A stretch of 57,220 nucleotides of DNA, filler included, from Sphacelaria rigidula (Eukaryota): the NCBI GenBank assembly GCA_964200075.2. It is 3 parts of 3 records of this genome, joined end to end, with 100 filler letters (N's around TTAATTAATTAA, not from the genome) between each part and the next. Parts side by side here need not be neighbours in the genome. Positions count along the whole stretch, not along the records: positions 19,109 to 38,115 come from CAXNAA020000749.1; 2 more parts are not named here. The stretch is one strand, 5' to 3'. The notes beneath the pieces were generated by a model. It was not told where the DNA came from. It saw nothing but the letters and a program-made list of their open reading frames with translations, and ran no database searches. Shown piece after piece: positions 25,901 through 38,215 of the stretch (positions within the stretch are counted from its first letter, which is position 1; each line of letters opens with the position of its first letter). The position numbers and the translations under genes were made by a program.

Positions 25901-28900
25901 TTATCCGAGAGTTGTGACCCACGAACAAACAAATGTCATCCGGCGAAGAGAGTAGTCACACGGATTCGAGGCAAATGAAGCCGTTTTTGTACAACTATAC
26001 CCCATGTGATGCCGTTTGATGTCCAGCTTTCACTGCTCGTGTGCGTCGGATGTCCTGAGACCCGATACCAACGCCACAGGGCCAAGCTGACTGGGGGGTG
26101 GGGATTTGATTCGCTGGCGGCTATAGCAAACATTATAATGACACTGAAGAAACAGAACCTACCTCCAGGTGAATTCAAGTAACGGCCTGTCTTGAAAGAG
26201 CCAGCCAAGTGTCGGTACCGGCGCAACGATCAACAGGTACCCGGCAAATGCACCAGTGTATTTTGCGTCTCCACTCCAAAACACAGACCGTGAAAATATG
26301 TTATCGTACACAAACAATATGGGAACGTGCCACGGCAAGGAGAACGGTAGACTTGTCCACCCTCCTCCTCCCCCCTCTCCCCGCTGAACTCATCACGATG
26401 CTTCGCGCTTGGTGATTGATTGCGAGCCTGGTCCGGCGAAAACCGGACGTGCTCCATACCGGCTCTGCAGGGATGCGAGGTCAATAGTCGTATGACCACG
26501 GCATAAATGATGTGGTGTGCAAAGACAATCCAATCTTGACAAACACTTGTGGGAGTTTTCCCCTCCTTTTGTGTGCTGGGGTGCATTACTTTTTAAAACT
26601 CATGTTTTGGGCTATAATACTTACTTTTACGTCTCACTTCGGCGTCGTAATGTAGTACTCTGGCCCATCGAACAATAAACTGAATGGACCCTTGATACAT
26701 TCATTCTCCTTTGTGTCCCCTTCGAAGTACAGTGCAAGTACAAAGGTGGCCCTTCGAATGAGCTCTACGGTTCTCCTCTTCCTGCAGGGTACACATGTAC
26801 GACAGACCTGCGAAGAGCCTACCCGTGTAGATTTCACCTGCCAGCACGCCTCGTGAATGGCGAGACTTGCCTGTGGCTTGCACCTCACGTCCCAGATGTA
26901 AATGGACGACGAGCTGGTGTCGGAGCTGGCGGAAACCAGTAAGTCCTCTTCCGTTGGGGACCATGAGATTTCGGTGACCGGGTTCTTGTGCTTACGCAGA
27001 GTTGCCATCTACACGTAGTCAAACACACGTGCGACGGTGGTGCGGCATTAGCGGCGGTAGATACTTGGAGGTGAGCGCATTTCAGCACAGACAACGAGGA
27101 ACACTTGAGGAACACTTGACAAGGTTAGCCCAGGGTCAGGACGGCAACCAAACGATGAATCTCTTCGGCAGAGTACGCGCATACGTCTTACATGCGGATA
27201 CACAACAAATGGCGCAACAAGCGCCTACGTCTTATGCACATATACAACAAGCCCCGGCTACGTTGGGTGCACTGCGCGGCATGGTTGTTGAAAGCGCCGC
27301 CGCAATGCGTTGGGTCGCTATTTTTTTTGCTTCATTTGTCGTACTTTGAACATTTTCCCTCCCATGGGACGAGCCCGTGGTCTCAGGGGATCAACCGATC
27401 TCTCCCCGGTACACGCCTTGCATTTGGTCTGGCGGATTGGGTAATGACTATCAGCACTCCCGCACCGCGTCAAATCTCGTCAAACAAGCTAGGTCAACTA
27501 CGTTTTATTTACTCACGTACTCACGCTTTCAACGGTGAAAATCAGATGTTCCGAAGAAAAACCCAACACATCGGGATTCGAGCCCACGTTGTCTCCACCC
27601 TACTACAATGCTCACAGTCGGGCCATTTTCATTTACACCACCGGGCGCGGCGGCTACTGCGCTCCATAACGGCGCCGCACGGCGTTGCGACTTACCACAG
27701 ATCTAGGTAGCCAGAGTTCCAACAGTTTGTGGTGCTGACGTTTAACTGCAGTAAATATTTCGACTTCGCAAATGGGATAATTTAACAGATTAATGCCTCA
27801 CCGGGGGTCTTCCAGTGTCCTCAGTATTCCAGATCATGACATCGCTTCCCTTCGTGCTCGCGAGGTGAGCACGTCGATAGTGGTGTTTATTCCAGGTGAT
27901 GACGGTGACAGCGTTTGCCGGGAGAATCGTCTTGTGCGTGATGAACCTAGGTGGCTAAAGGAGCATGCGTCAGGTGAAAAACACGGGAAAATAGAACAGA
28001 AAATAGTACAAACGGTGACAAATACGCTCACAAACTGACCGAGTACACGGAGCTTGAGTAGCATCCTGTTGTAGCTATACCTCAAATAACGATCACCCAG
28101 CGCACCATGCATCGTATCATCATATGCACTGCGCTGCTACGGTGGGGTTTTACAATGCATACAGACTACAACCATGGCCGGTGAATATTACAATAATCGG
28201 TTACAACTCTGTCGAAAAGTGCCCATACACCGACGCCTCCGACGAGTCTTTTCACTCGAGCTAAGTACTAGAACAGAAAAATACAGTGGTGACCACAGGG
28301 AATACGCGTACAGCTCAACAATCGGTGATGTGCCTCCCTGCGTACAGGGGCTAGACCGATAGCGATCAGATTCTCATCCGATCATTTGTCGGAAGCCTCG
28401 GGCCGAAAAGGCCGTTTTGGGAGCTATTTTCTTCAAGCCAGGCTCCCTTCCTCTCGCAAATTTTAGGAGGTGTGCACAAGTGGCCTGTTGTCGCTGCAGT
28501 CTTGGTTTTGCCCAACGCACGAAACCAGACGGCGCAAAATACGAAGGCCTGTATTATCGTACAACCTCCATTTGGGATGAAGATCATCATCTGGTGTATT
28601 CTGTGACGTCCATTTACACCTTCGATATCCCAGACGGACGCTCACCTCGGATATGAACATCCATCTGTGACCCCTGACCCCAACCCTAACCCTAACCCTA
28701 ACCCTGACCTACCCCAAGGTTGACCTTGACGTAACGAAGGTCATGACCGGTCTTGTCGGGAAGGCGTGGGGAGGGTCTTTTCGGCAGATGTAGGACCAGA
28801 TGCACCTTTAAGGATTGATTCGTTCTCACTACTACTCTTGGCCAAGGCCATGGTGTGGTGGTGGAGTTGAGTCAGCACGGTGCTTATCAGGCACACCCAC

Positions 28901-31900
28901 CCCTGTTGTAATGCAGCAGTGTAATATGCCAACATCCTGAGTGCGGGCATATCCTACGTTACAAGCAGTTTAGTGTGTCAACACCCTAAGTGCGGGCATG
29001 CTGGAGTTCGGGGTGTGCGCGGAGGCAGATGACACCGCTGTCGAAAGCTGGCACGCACATCTTTGATACAAGGGAGCGTGTGCCGGTGTGTAGACTGCTT
29101 TCGGCGACAAGGATGCAGGAGAAGCGGTCGTCGACGGACTGGTTAGGTCTGGTTGAGCCTCCTGGGCGAGACTTGTACAGACCAGAACCAGAGTGCATCA
29201 AGAATGAGGAAGTGTTTCATCACGAAAGGAAGCAGAGGGGGCGCTGTTGTGGGATCATGCACACCGGCGAGGATGGGCGGTAGCTTTGGCCATGGACGCT
29301 GGTGAGGACAGGTGGGAGCGTCAGGAGGTCAAATTCGAAGAGGACCTTGCAGCGGAGAAGAGCAGAGCAGCAAGGCGGCTAATTTCGTTGGGGGCGGAAT
29401 ATTATTATGTTGGGTTTTGGATGTAGTTGTTGTGTTGTGGATACTACATACAGACGGTATCCCATGTTTTCATGGCTGAATATAGGACACTCTGGACAGA
29501 TTCTTTTTTTTGCTGATAGCGCCATGTCGTGTTTAGGCTAGACACGCCCTGTCTGTTGTGACTCTATGACGATGCTACTTGACCAGAACCCAAGGGAGAT
29601 CATACTTCTTCGTTTACCCTCCTCGTTGCCATCGGCTCGTCCATTTCTTGTTCTTGTCTTTTTGGGGTTTTTCTCCATGACGCTGTTCAGTCTCCGGTGC
29701 GCAGGCTCTGTGGAGCACCTCTTTGAACAGCACTCTGGACAGTAGATCTATTCTGGGATTGGTCTCTGTTCTATGCGACAGTTTCGATTACCGCCTTACT
29801 TGTTGTTACTACTCTGTGTGAACACCACCAGTACGTGGCAAGGTAGTCAGAGAGGTCACACGCGGGCATTTTTTAGATTCCAGTAGGTCTCCTGTAGTTC
29901 AATCGGTCTTACACGTATCTGTTGTAGTCTAGGTGCCCTTTTTCGTGCGGGTGTTTTTGTTTCTCGCCTTCCTTTCCAGGCTATTTGAGTTATGGGTATG
30001 GGTGGTATGCTCCTTGCACTCTGTGACCACGGGTTCGAGAGATCGAGCTAATATGACGGATAGAAGAAGAAGAAGAAGAAGAAGAAGAAGATTGATGTCG
30101 TTGGTGTATCAGGCGGTGGGTCCATAGGTACGAGTCAAATTATATAACGCGCACACTAATTTCAAGTAATTTAATTTTAACTATTTCCAGTTCCTCTGCA
30201 TTCCATTACGCATTATACAACGCGAACTTGAATCTAGTATGGACTTCGTCACACTCGTGTTCACTGGCCGTCTGGTCCCCGCGGCCGCCGCAGCCACAGT
30301 ACAGGACCGTGCTGCGGAAAGATGGTATCCAGGACAACAACAGCTCACAAGGGGTGCTTTGTCTTTCTGTATACGGGTTGGTATATCCAACGTTCGCTAT
30401 GAGCGTCGTCGTGCCTGCGGTATGGTTGCGGTGGCGAGGGTTGGCGTTGCAGTCTATATTTGCGCTTAGCTTGCGCCTCCTGTATCCTGCACGGCTTTGG
30501 ATTACGGGGCATGAGATAAGGCGGTGCTATCGTTGTCGTTGTGCGTTGATTCATGCTCCCGGATGGCTAACCCCAGAAAAGGACTATATCGGCATTAATG
30601 CCGGTACCGTAGCCCTCTATTGTTGGCTGTCGTGCTTTTGTTCGGGATGGCTTGTGTTGATCGGTGCCGTACAGACAGTACTCACGCGATGCCCACCGCC
30701 TGGCCAGGGTTGGCGCATCTTGCGGTAAAGAAAGATACAGTCGGTACCGCGACATAATTATTTAGAGATGCAATGGCGAAGACGACCAAGCACTCTACAC
30801 ACCGAACATCGGACAGCAATTATAACGTGAGCATGTATCATCTCTCTTGCGTGTGCGACCCCGTGTGGTAGAGCACCGCCCCGCTTCCGAAGGTATACCG
30901 CTTCATGATGACATGGTGGTGCTTGTGAAAATATCATCGATATACTGTCCTGTTCTGGGCTGTAGCCAGCTGGCGGAGGGAGATGATGTCCAGACCGGGC
31001 CTGGACCAAAAAAAATACCAAACAATCCAATATTGTTGACCTCTCTGCGGTACATGGGGCTCGAGTAGCGCACGTGTGTCCACCAACACAAGAAACTCGA
31101 GTTGAATCCCTGCAAGAATCATGGAAAACGGCGAAAAAATAGCTGATTTGAGTTTTATTATGATAAAGCAACTCGTGCCTATGAACTCGGTGCCGTGGAT
31201 CAAACATTCCCGATGGACATCCTAGATAGATTTCTCAGATAGGAGTCCCAGATGGGTGTCCATATCTGAGATGAGTGTCGCCCAAGTATGATAATTCAAC
31301 ATTGTAAAATAAGCTGAGGCGTTTGTCGAGATGGCCGTTGACGTTGACTTGCTTTTGCCGTGACCTCCTTTAGGGAAGTAAACGTTCACATTTGATATAC
31401 AAATACAACGTTCATGGGAAAGCTAAGGGAAGTGAGAGGAAAGCCGACGCGTTTCTGGCTCCTGCACAAAGGATGCTGATCGATATTTTCTTCGAACCAT
31501 TTATGTCATATCCTAGCCATTTAATGCCTCAGCCACAGTACTGCGCATGCAAAACTATATACAGTTGACCAAAGACAATTTAGTGACGATGACTCCAGTC
31601 GTCATACCGGAACTTGGACCATCCACCGGATAAAATGAAGCGTTCTGTGACATGAACCGCATGACGATATTTTAACGCACTTCGAAGTCTAGTGGTATCG
31701 AATGGAGCTTCACCAAGTTGAAAAATCGTTCAGCGCAGCTGCCATCGGTAGACGACTCCGAAACAATATGGTCACCAGATACATGGACCACTCACGACCC
31801 AAGCGGGCCTGCAAATTTACTCCCGGTGGCCATAGCCCTCCACCTCCTCCTCAACAGCCGTTCTTTTCGGGGGGAAACACGTACTTCTCACGCATGTTTT

Positions 31901-34900
31901 CCTAACTTCTACACCTAAAAACTCTGATTTTTATACCCAAAAAACATACGGTGTACAGCACAATCAGCTTCGTACAGCAATGCGCTTCACCATTCCAGCG
32001 AACTAGGGCACCTCACGTATGAATCACATAATTGGTGTTGCTGGGCCTACATTCCAGCGCTGCCAACAATTCGATATTTTACATATTTTCCTCCAACGCC
32101 TCAACCCTCACGTTCATACACCTCGCTCGAAATATGTAGGGTGCTGAGGAAACGCGTGCAGATATCAACTCTCCGCTGGGGGATACGTCACTGCACTGGC
32201 GATCTGCAGAGGCTGCTTTCCCAGGCTAGAAGAACAACACTGGCAACATAGATCTCGGGTGGGACAACCCGAGCAGGGTATGCAACGAATACAAATTAAT
32301 TATCAGGAAACAATAAGGTAAACAGGCACTGATCATAAGCTAAAGTAAGCAAAAAGGAGAGGAGAAGCAAACCCATAAAAACAAACATATACCAAACTAT
32401 GAACTACCAGAAATAGTAAATAGCGAATACGATAGCGCACAGCAGGTTGCGAAAGGAGTAGATCCGTTCTAGTAGGGGTCTCCTCGTCTGTCTCCTTTTC
32501 TCCCCCCTTCTCGCATATTTTCTGACCAGAACCTTCCTCCTCAGCCGTCCACATCTTCATGGGTATCACCGCCGCAGCGTCAACCTGTTCGCGTCATTGC
32601 ATCTTTTTGGTGATCATATCTCCTTTGTCAGGTTCCATCTCGGATATTTTCAGGTCGTAGGCTAGGCATAGTTGCCACTTTCCCCCCCTCTCTCTTATAC
32701 ATGCCCATTTCCGGCCCATAATTCTGACCACAATAATCTTGGGCAACCGTTCACTGTCCAGGCGCAAGATTCGTCCAGCGAAGACGAGGCTCCGTCTCCG
32801 GATTGTCGTTTCGACGATCTTGCACCCCGTCCGCTCGAGAACATTCACGCGAGAGAGGACGTTTTTTGTGGGCTTGAGTGTCAGATGCACCGCAGTAGAA
32901 GCCGGTAGTATGTCGTACGGCCAGTCTGTCGTGGTGGCTATCCTTCTTTATTCATGTTGAGGAGTCGTGGAGTGAGACTTCGAGAACTTCGGTCTTTAGC
33001 ATCCGGCTTTTGAGATCCGGCAATGAGGACGACATTCCTCCGTCGAGGAGCACTCGGCCGAACTTCCAGTACTTCCACTACACATTCGAGCTCAGGCATC
33101 ATGTCGGCCTCCTCGTCGATGGAGGATACTAGATGCACAAAGTTCCCATATAATCTGATGCCCAGCTGCCCTCATGTTCATCTGCCCATCGTGTTCTCCT
33201 ATTTGTGCGTTATAATGGACATTGTCCCCGTCTTCTTCTCCGGCACGGTCAGTTCGAATGCCTCGCACGCTCGGACGATGGCTGTCAATATTCGGGGAAG
33301 GCTCGCCTGCGATATTGACACGACGCCGGCGCCTTCGGCGCACAGGGTAGCCAACAAGTACTGCTTATGTCCCTCGTGTATATTCTCCTCCCTGATATTT
33401 GTCCTTCCAGGCTGTTTCAACACTTTTCCTCCGTATAACCTCCGCCCTGCGCTACCTTTCACCCCTTCTGTCTCTTTCCTTCTCCCGGTTCGGCTTGCGG
33501 GGATGCCTCGTATGACGGCATTCAAAAAAATGTTGAACAACAACGGAGTCAGCACTCACCCTTGTAGGAGCTCCCGTCTGATTTTGTACCAGTTCTATGA
33601 TTCCTCGCCATCCACACATATACAACCTCGCATCCCATTGCGGAAGTCAAATATGACTGGGATCATATTGGACACCTCAATCAGCGCAAGCATGTCCAAC
33701 AGGAGGGTGTGATCGACCGAGCCGTGCGCGCTTTCGCAAGTGCAAAAAGCACGTGTTCAGCGGGGTGTTATTCGCCTCCCGAGCTCCTGCAGTCACCCAT
33801 ACACAAACGCCTGTCATATCTTATGTGGATCACTGGAATCGGAGATTATCCTGTTCCTCTAGAGGATTTTGTTGCGTCCTGGGTGTACGCTGAGCCGGTT
33901 TGCGATAATCTCGAGTAGCAGTTTGTCGGCGGATGCTGTAAATGACACGCCCCTGCAGTTGCCATATTCCTTGTTGTTATGTGCGACGTTGGCTTCAGCG
34001 GACTTCCACACATGGGGGGATTCCCTCTCGCCTCCCCGACTTTACATTTTTGTGGAATTTATGCAAGATGGTGTAGTTCTCCGCGTCTTCTTTTATACTT
34101 CGTATATCTTATTATTTTGATTCAGTTCATCACCCGGATTGCCCCCAAATATAAGTCGCGGCCCTAAAAACTACGTGCTATTGCTGGGGTGCTCGCGTTT
34201 GTACTGAGGTTGGAAGCCCCGATTAGAAGAAACTCAATATATATCGTAGCTTCACCCTCATAGATGACACCTGGCGCCACGTGCCATCGGGTCCGTGCTC
34301 CTAGACTCCATGTTGCACATCAGGGTTGGAGGTCAAGAGTAGCTGAAGCTGGTCGTAAGTATGCGCCTGGCGTCGTCGTATACCATTGCACCGTTCTCGT
34401 CGTGTGTGGTCAGCGATATGTCCAGCATCCCCCCCGCCCAGTCTGCGTTGCCCCACCAGAATTTCGCTTACAGTACTGAGCGCGTGAACTATTCATTTTG
34501 TAATTCTTCGTAATTAATTATTTTCTCAAGCTTTTACGCTCGCCACCGCTCATCACATTGGGGATCTGAATATACTTGTATCCACTCCACATTCCAAGAA
34601 GAAAAAAACATATGTACTCAATATTGAGCGACTTACGGGCTGACCGGTCATCGCGAGTCCTGACACGTTTCAGTTCAGATTCTGACTCTTAGGTATTTTC
34701 GGTCGATTCAGCCTGTCCCGATCGTATTTGTGAAGAAATGTACAGTTTTTTTTTTGTGAAGTTTCACCTATACATTGCACTAGAGCCAAAAAAGTGTGTT
34801 TCGCGATCAATAACACCCCCTGATAAACGGGGTATCTTCTCGTATCGCCCGATGAAACCAACTAACACCAACTTGAGCACTCGGGAGGGGAGACGATCTG

Positions 34901-36144
34901 TTCATTTTTCCAAAATCTACCGGCGCTAGCACTTTCGAGGTGGATCGGAGAGTAGTCACGAGAAAAAATCCTTCTAAACAAAAAATAGTTCAGGCGACCA
35001 GTGTTATGGGCACAACCTGATCATCAGACTTGCCTCATGATGACTTATTATAGCCACGTAGTACAGCTACGAGACTACGAACATCAACACAGCAAACGTG
35101 CGTATTAATAATAGCACAGATTTTAGCAAAGTACATGCGACTCTCCGGACGTTGCTACTGAGAAATCTAGTTGCGAGTCCTGTTGCACCACCACGACCAA
35201 TAATGGCCAGATACTCGTAGCTTGGGTAGAGAACAGCGTTACTGTGAGGGCAAAATAGAGCCAGCGTACATGACACCACAAGGCAATCTTGGAATCTTCC
35301 ACATTACTGACTTTACTGAACTGCCGCGTCCTCTCACCATCTCCAGTCTATCCAGGTCGTAAAGCGCCAGAACTTTGTTGTTGGCGAGGGCGACAGTCCG
35401 TCCGGTAAAGTCGACATCCTGTCAGACCATCGCGTGCGAAGCAGTGATCGCGTCCGAATTGCAACATGGGACTGGTGAGAAGCATGTGACCTACCTACAG
35501 TACTGGATGAAAGTATGCCTGAAGCACCAAGCATCCAACTCGGCTGGCTCGGTAGTAGAAATACGCAAGAGCGTGCGGTGGTATACAACGGACATTTGTT
35601 GTACAGCACAGCCCTGTCCTGTGCTGCTTGCATGCTGTTTTGTACGGTTCCGCTCTGCTGTACCACAGTACAGCAGCACTACCTTATCCTGTGCTGCTTG
35701 TGTGCTATCTTGTGATGTCCTCTCGTACTGTTGTCGATGGGGTTTCGTTCTGTTCGGTGCACACCCACGGCTTTCATTTACTGTACGAGTACGAGTACTA
35801 CAAAGCAGACGGTCTGCACAGACAGTTTTTTGTTGTTCGTTGACGTTGAGTCTTCTACACACACCGATAGGGTTAAAGTACGCTTATGCATATATGCATG
35901 ACACCACAAAACAAACACATTGGGATGCACTGTATGATGCATTTGCGCACTGCACTGTATCAACTGACTTCTGCACGGCAGTGTTGACTATTGTGCTTGT
36001 ACTTCACTTACGGGTAGTCGGGAGGTGTCCGGTACATGAGGGTACATTTGTTGACAATCAACTTACAAGTGCTGTGAGCTTCAGTAGGCTCTTCTTGATG
36101 TCCGATGTAGCCACATCAATACATGCTCTTGTCGACTCGCCCAT
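19914..36144 (-). CDS. WDR59: WDR59/Sea3-like GATOR2 subunit (WD40 propeller + RWD-like domain); 3' part not found. Exons: 36144-36067, 35418-35338, 27954-27802, 27008-26871, 25684-25511, 25332-25262, 25041-24888, 24312-24134, 23901-23786, 22806-22658, 22330-22080, 21885-21810, 21591-21449, 21039-20970, 20636-20352, 20027-~19914
   Basis: Manually spliced with compatible phases at every junction: MGESTRACIDVATSDIKKSLLKLTAL|DVDFTGRTVALANNKVLALYDLDRLEM|PPRFITHK..VITWNKHH..VMIWNT..|MATLRKHKNPVTEISWSPTEEDLLVSASSD..IYIWDVR..|..QMKFNRKKSHLLASAVGTQVCIWDTRK|..AHNPLVTTLDWSYEN|EYSLLTGGGDACVKLWSV..VVFTPFGK|..LQLWSL..|SLDADDHLRLHNV.. then an RWD-like region and KVPCPRRFGATFSPNGTLVVF. The motif order matches WDR59/Mtc5 as recalled (DLDxxxxPPR, TPFG, P[FC]PRxxGAxF..G.LV.F). 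Confidence 0.88.
24352..24478 (-). repeat. 5'-truncated copy of the poly(C)-ended element, between G-runs
   Basis: GGGGGGTGTACTCATGATCCTGCATGCC..CCATTGACCTCGCATCCCT..CCAGGCTCAC matches the reverse complement of 3266-3372. Confidence 0.8.
26390..26515 (+). repeat. Partial copy of the poly(C)-ended element
   Basis: CATCACGATGCTTCGCGCTTGGTGATTGATTGCGAGCCTGGTCCGGCGA..CTCTGCAGGGATGCGAGGTCAAT matches 3235-3330. Confidence 0.8.
27360..27645 (-). mobile_element. tRNA-derived SINE-like element
   Basis: Minus strand has A-box-like GGTGGTGTAAATG and B-box-like GGGCTCGAATCCCG about 45 nt apart, with no full cloverleaf. The tail has TGAGACCACGGG, similar to the LINE 3'-end motif at ~30021. Confidence 0.5.
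28670..28708. repeat. Interstitial telomere-like (CCCTAA)n with degenerate CCCTGA flanks
   Basis: CCCCTGACCCCAACCCTAACCCTAACCCTAACCCTGACC. Confidence 0.85.
28990..30091 (+). mobile_element. Probable 3' end of a non-LTR retrotransposon with an (AGA)10 tail
   Basis: Broken protein-like stretch (~29000-29400), then a T-rich UTR ending CTGTGACCACGGG... and a perfect (AGA)n run at 30062-30091. Confidence 0.5.
32300..34180 (-). mobile_element. Decayed RTE-like LINE fragment (RT C-terminal half + 3'UTR) in WDR59 intron 2
   Basis: Minus-strand remnants LLQG*VLTPLLFNIFL, LCAEGAGVVS (YADD-equivalent), CEAFELTVPEKKTGTM, IETTIRRRSLVFAGRILRLDSERLPK; many frameshifts. Confidence 0.85.
34471..35004. mobile_element. 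Second, diverged copy of the same MITE family, inverted relative to 5984-6490
   Basis: 34660-34990 is the reverse complement of ~6000-6330 (e.g. AAAATCTACCGGCGCTAGC, ATAACACCCCCTGATAAACGGGGTAT); degenerate TIRs flanked by TA. Confidence 0.75.
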
Positions 36145-36409
36145 CTCACCCAAGCAACGATGTCGCCAGTGATTGCAGTAAACACGGACAGCATGCACCA
36201 GTGTCTCGTGTGGGCGGTGCTGTTGATGAGAGACTGGCTTTCCTCGGCGTTGTGTACCCGAATCGTAGATCTGACCACGACGCTACCTCATGTACCCGAA
36301 ACAGGAACAAAGTTTTTCTCTCCGCACCTGTTCTTGACAGAAGGAACCAACCACTACACACAGTATGGGTTCGCGTGCCTACTGTCCTGTGCGTACATAG
36401 AGAGCTAGA
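36145..36409. promoter_or_regulatory. Putative bidirectional promoter/5'UTR region between WDR59 and the TMEM208-like gene
   Basis: 265 bp between divergent start codons (36144 minus, 36410 plus). Confidence 0.55.
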
Positions 36410-36515
36410 ATGGCGGGCGCAGCAGCCAAGAAAGCGGCAAAGGCCAGCGCATCTACCGCAAGTCTATATTTTCCCATCGTCGTCGTGATCAACTTAATTT
36501 ATGTTCTATTCAGAG
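36410..36515 (+). CDS. TMEM208: First exon of a TMEM208/Snd2-like (DUF788) small ER membrane protein; downstream exons not identified
   Basis: ATG-initiated MAGAAAKKAAKASASTASLYFPIVVVINLIYVLFR followed by a G|GTGAGT donor. The basic AxKK N-terminus plus a hydrophobic helix with NxIY resembles Snd2/TMEM208. Only 35 aa are visible. Confidence 0.62.
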
Positions 36516-38115
36516 GTGAGTGTCGGTGCTCAGCTACAGTACAGAAGCTGTCGCAAGTGTACGGACAGGTAATGTGCAACCGCATGGCAGAAGAGTCCAG
36601 ATAGTAGATAGGAGTGCAACAGGGACGGTGCAGTAGAGATTCCGGTGCAGTAGAGATGCCGCACGGTGATCTAGCTGAATCTCTGGGTAATCGGCACACG
36701 AACCCGTTCACGGGTTATGTGTTGAGGTTTCGTCCTTCCTGCAAGGAAAAAAACAAAAATGCAGCGGAGCAGCAGTGCCATTACCGGTTCACATTGGGTG
36801 AGAGGTGTATCCTAAAAGACTATCATACTGTATTTATTACAGGGACAAATCCCGAGTCTGAAGGGACCCAAATCTCGCCGAAATCGGAGTGACTCAGATT
36901 CGCGAAACTGAGATCCATATGTACCCCATTATGGTTTTACGATTTTTCGCGGTAGTCTGAGTTTTTACAGGGAGAACCATGCCCAAGGGGTGCAAACACA
37001 TATCATAATATTCGATTCCGCAAAAAGGTTTGCCAGCCCTTCAGTGCTACACCCGATTTAGAGTCACGCCCTTCATCACCACCCGAAGAATATGACGCGA
37101 CGGAGTCGAAGAAGTGGACAGAGCAAAAATTGACATATCACCATCCGACACGTGATCGAAGATTGCTCACGCTGCACGAATGACAGCAAGCTGAAACTCA
37201 ACAGACTAGTATAATTAGCTACTATCTCTAGCCATCGATCAAGACCAGAATCGTACTAATTAACTGTCGGATTGTTTTTTTATTGATTGATTGTCGCACT
37301 TTAAGTGACCCCCAGGGAATGGCGCAATATTTGCAATAGATGGCCCTCACTTCACCTCAATATCGTCACTTACAGCAGGGGTTTGCGCGGTCAAAACCTG
37401 GTCTCGCTGGTAGGCATACGTCTCATCTACATAGAGCACCTTGAGCTGTCTCTGAAGTTGCTGTGTATATCGATATGTTGCCATCTGGGTGAGGTATGTT
37501 GGAACGCGTGAGATGCGGTGTAAAATCGCATCAGATCGTACAGGTAGGTGCTATCCAAAATGAGACCACGGTATTTGCGCTGCGTTTAGGTGGTTACTAT
37601 TCGTGGGGATATGTTCTCCGTAGTCATACATGTACATACCAGCGACAGCTGAGGTGGGGCATGAAGCGTGCTGAGGGTATCGCTGCACGAAGGGTATCGC
37701 TGCGCGAGGCATATCGTGCGCGCGCACGCACCTACTGTCGATTTGTGTCATCAGCGAGACCTTCACCTCTCGGTGTCAAAAGGGTGATAATGCGGAAATG
37801 GCACCGATGTGTAATTCGGAGGACAGATGATCACATCGACCGTCTGATGCGGTAAAGATGGTTTGGTATGAAGCATGTCGAAGGGACAGCGATGAAAACG
37901 TCGTCCGACGTTATTTTCCGACGTTCAGCATATTGGTCGTACCAACGATTCCCGGCAGTTCGCTCGCTGTCAGAACGCAATCGATATAACCCAACGAACA
38001 GTCTCGATACGCGTGCTTTCCTAGTGCTGCACAGTTTTTGAAATGGCCAAGTTGGATGCCATGGTTTGAGGCAGATTTGTGGTTTCACGGGTCCCGAGCT
38101 ACTGCTGTTTTTTTT

Positions 38116-38215
38116 NNNNNNNNNNNNNNNNNNNNNNNNNNNNNNNNNNNNNNNNNNNNTTAATTAATTAANNNNNNNNNNNNNNNNNNNNNNNNNNNNN
38201 NNNNNNNNNNNNNNN
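38116..38215. other. Artificial scaffold linker N44-TTAATTAATTAA-N44
   Basis: Identical structure to 19009-19108. Confidence 0.97.

Noticed and set aside
28670..28708. Chromosome end
   Set aside because: Only about three perfect CCCTAA units, inside an intron.
35375..36172. 265-aa Cys-rich plus-strand ORF
   Set aside because: Spans a CTGTAC/CAGTAC low-complexity intron and overlaps WDR59 exons 1-2 antisense.
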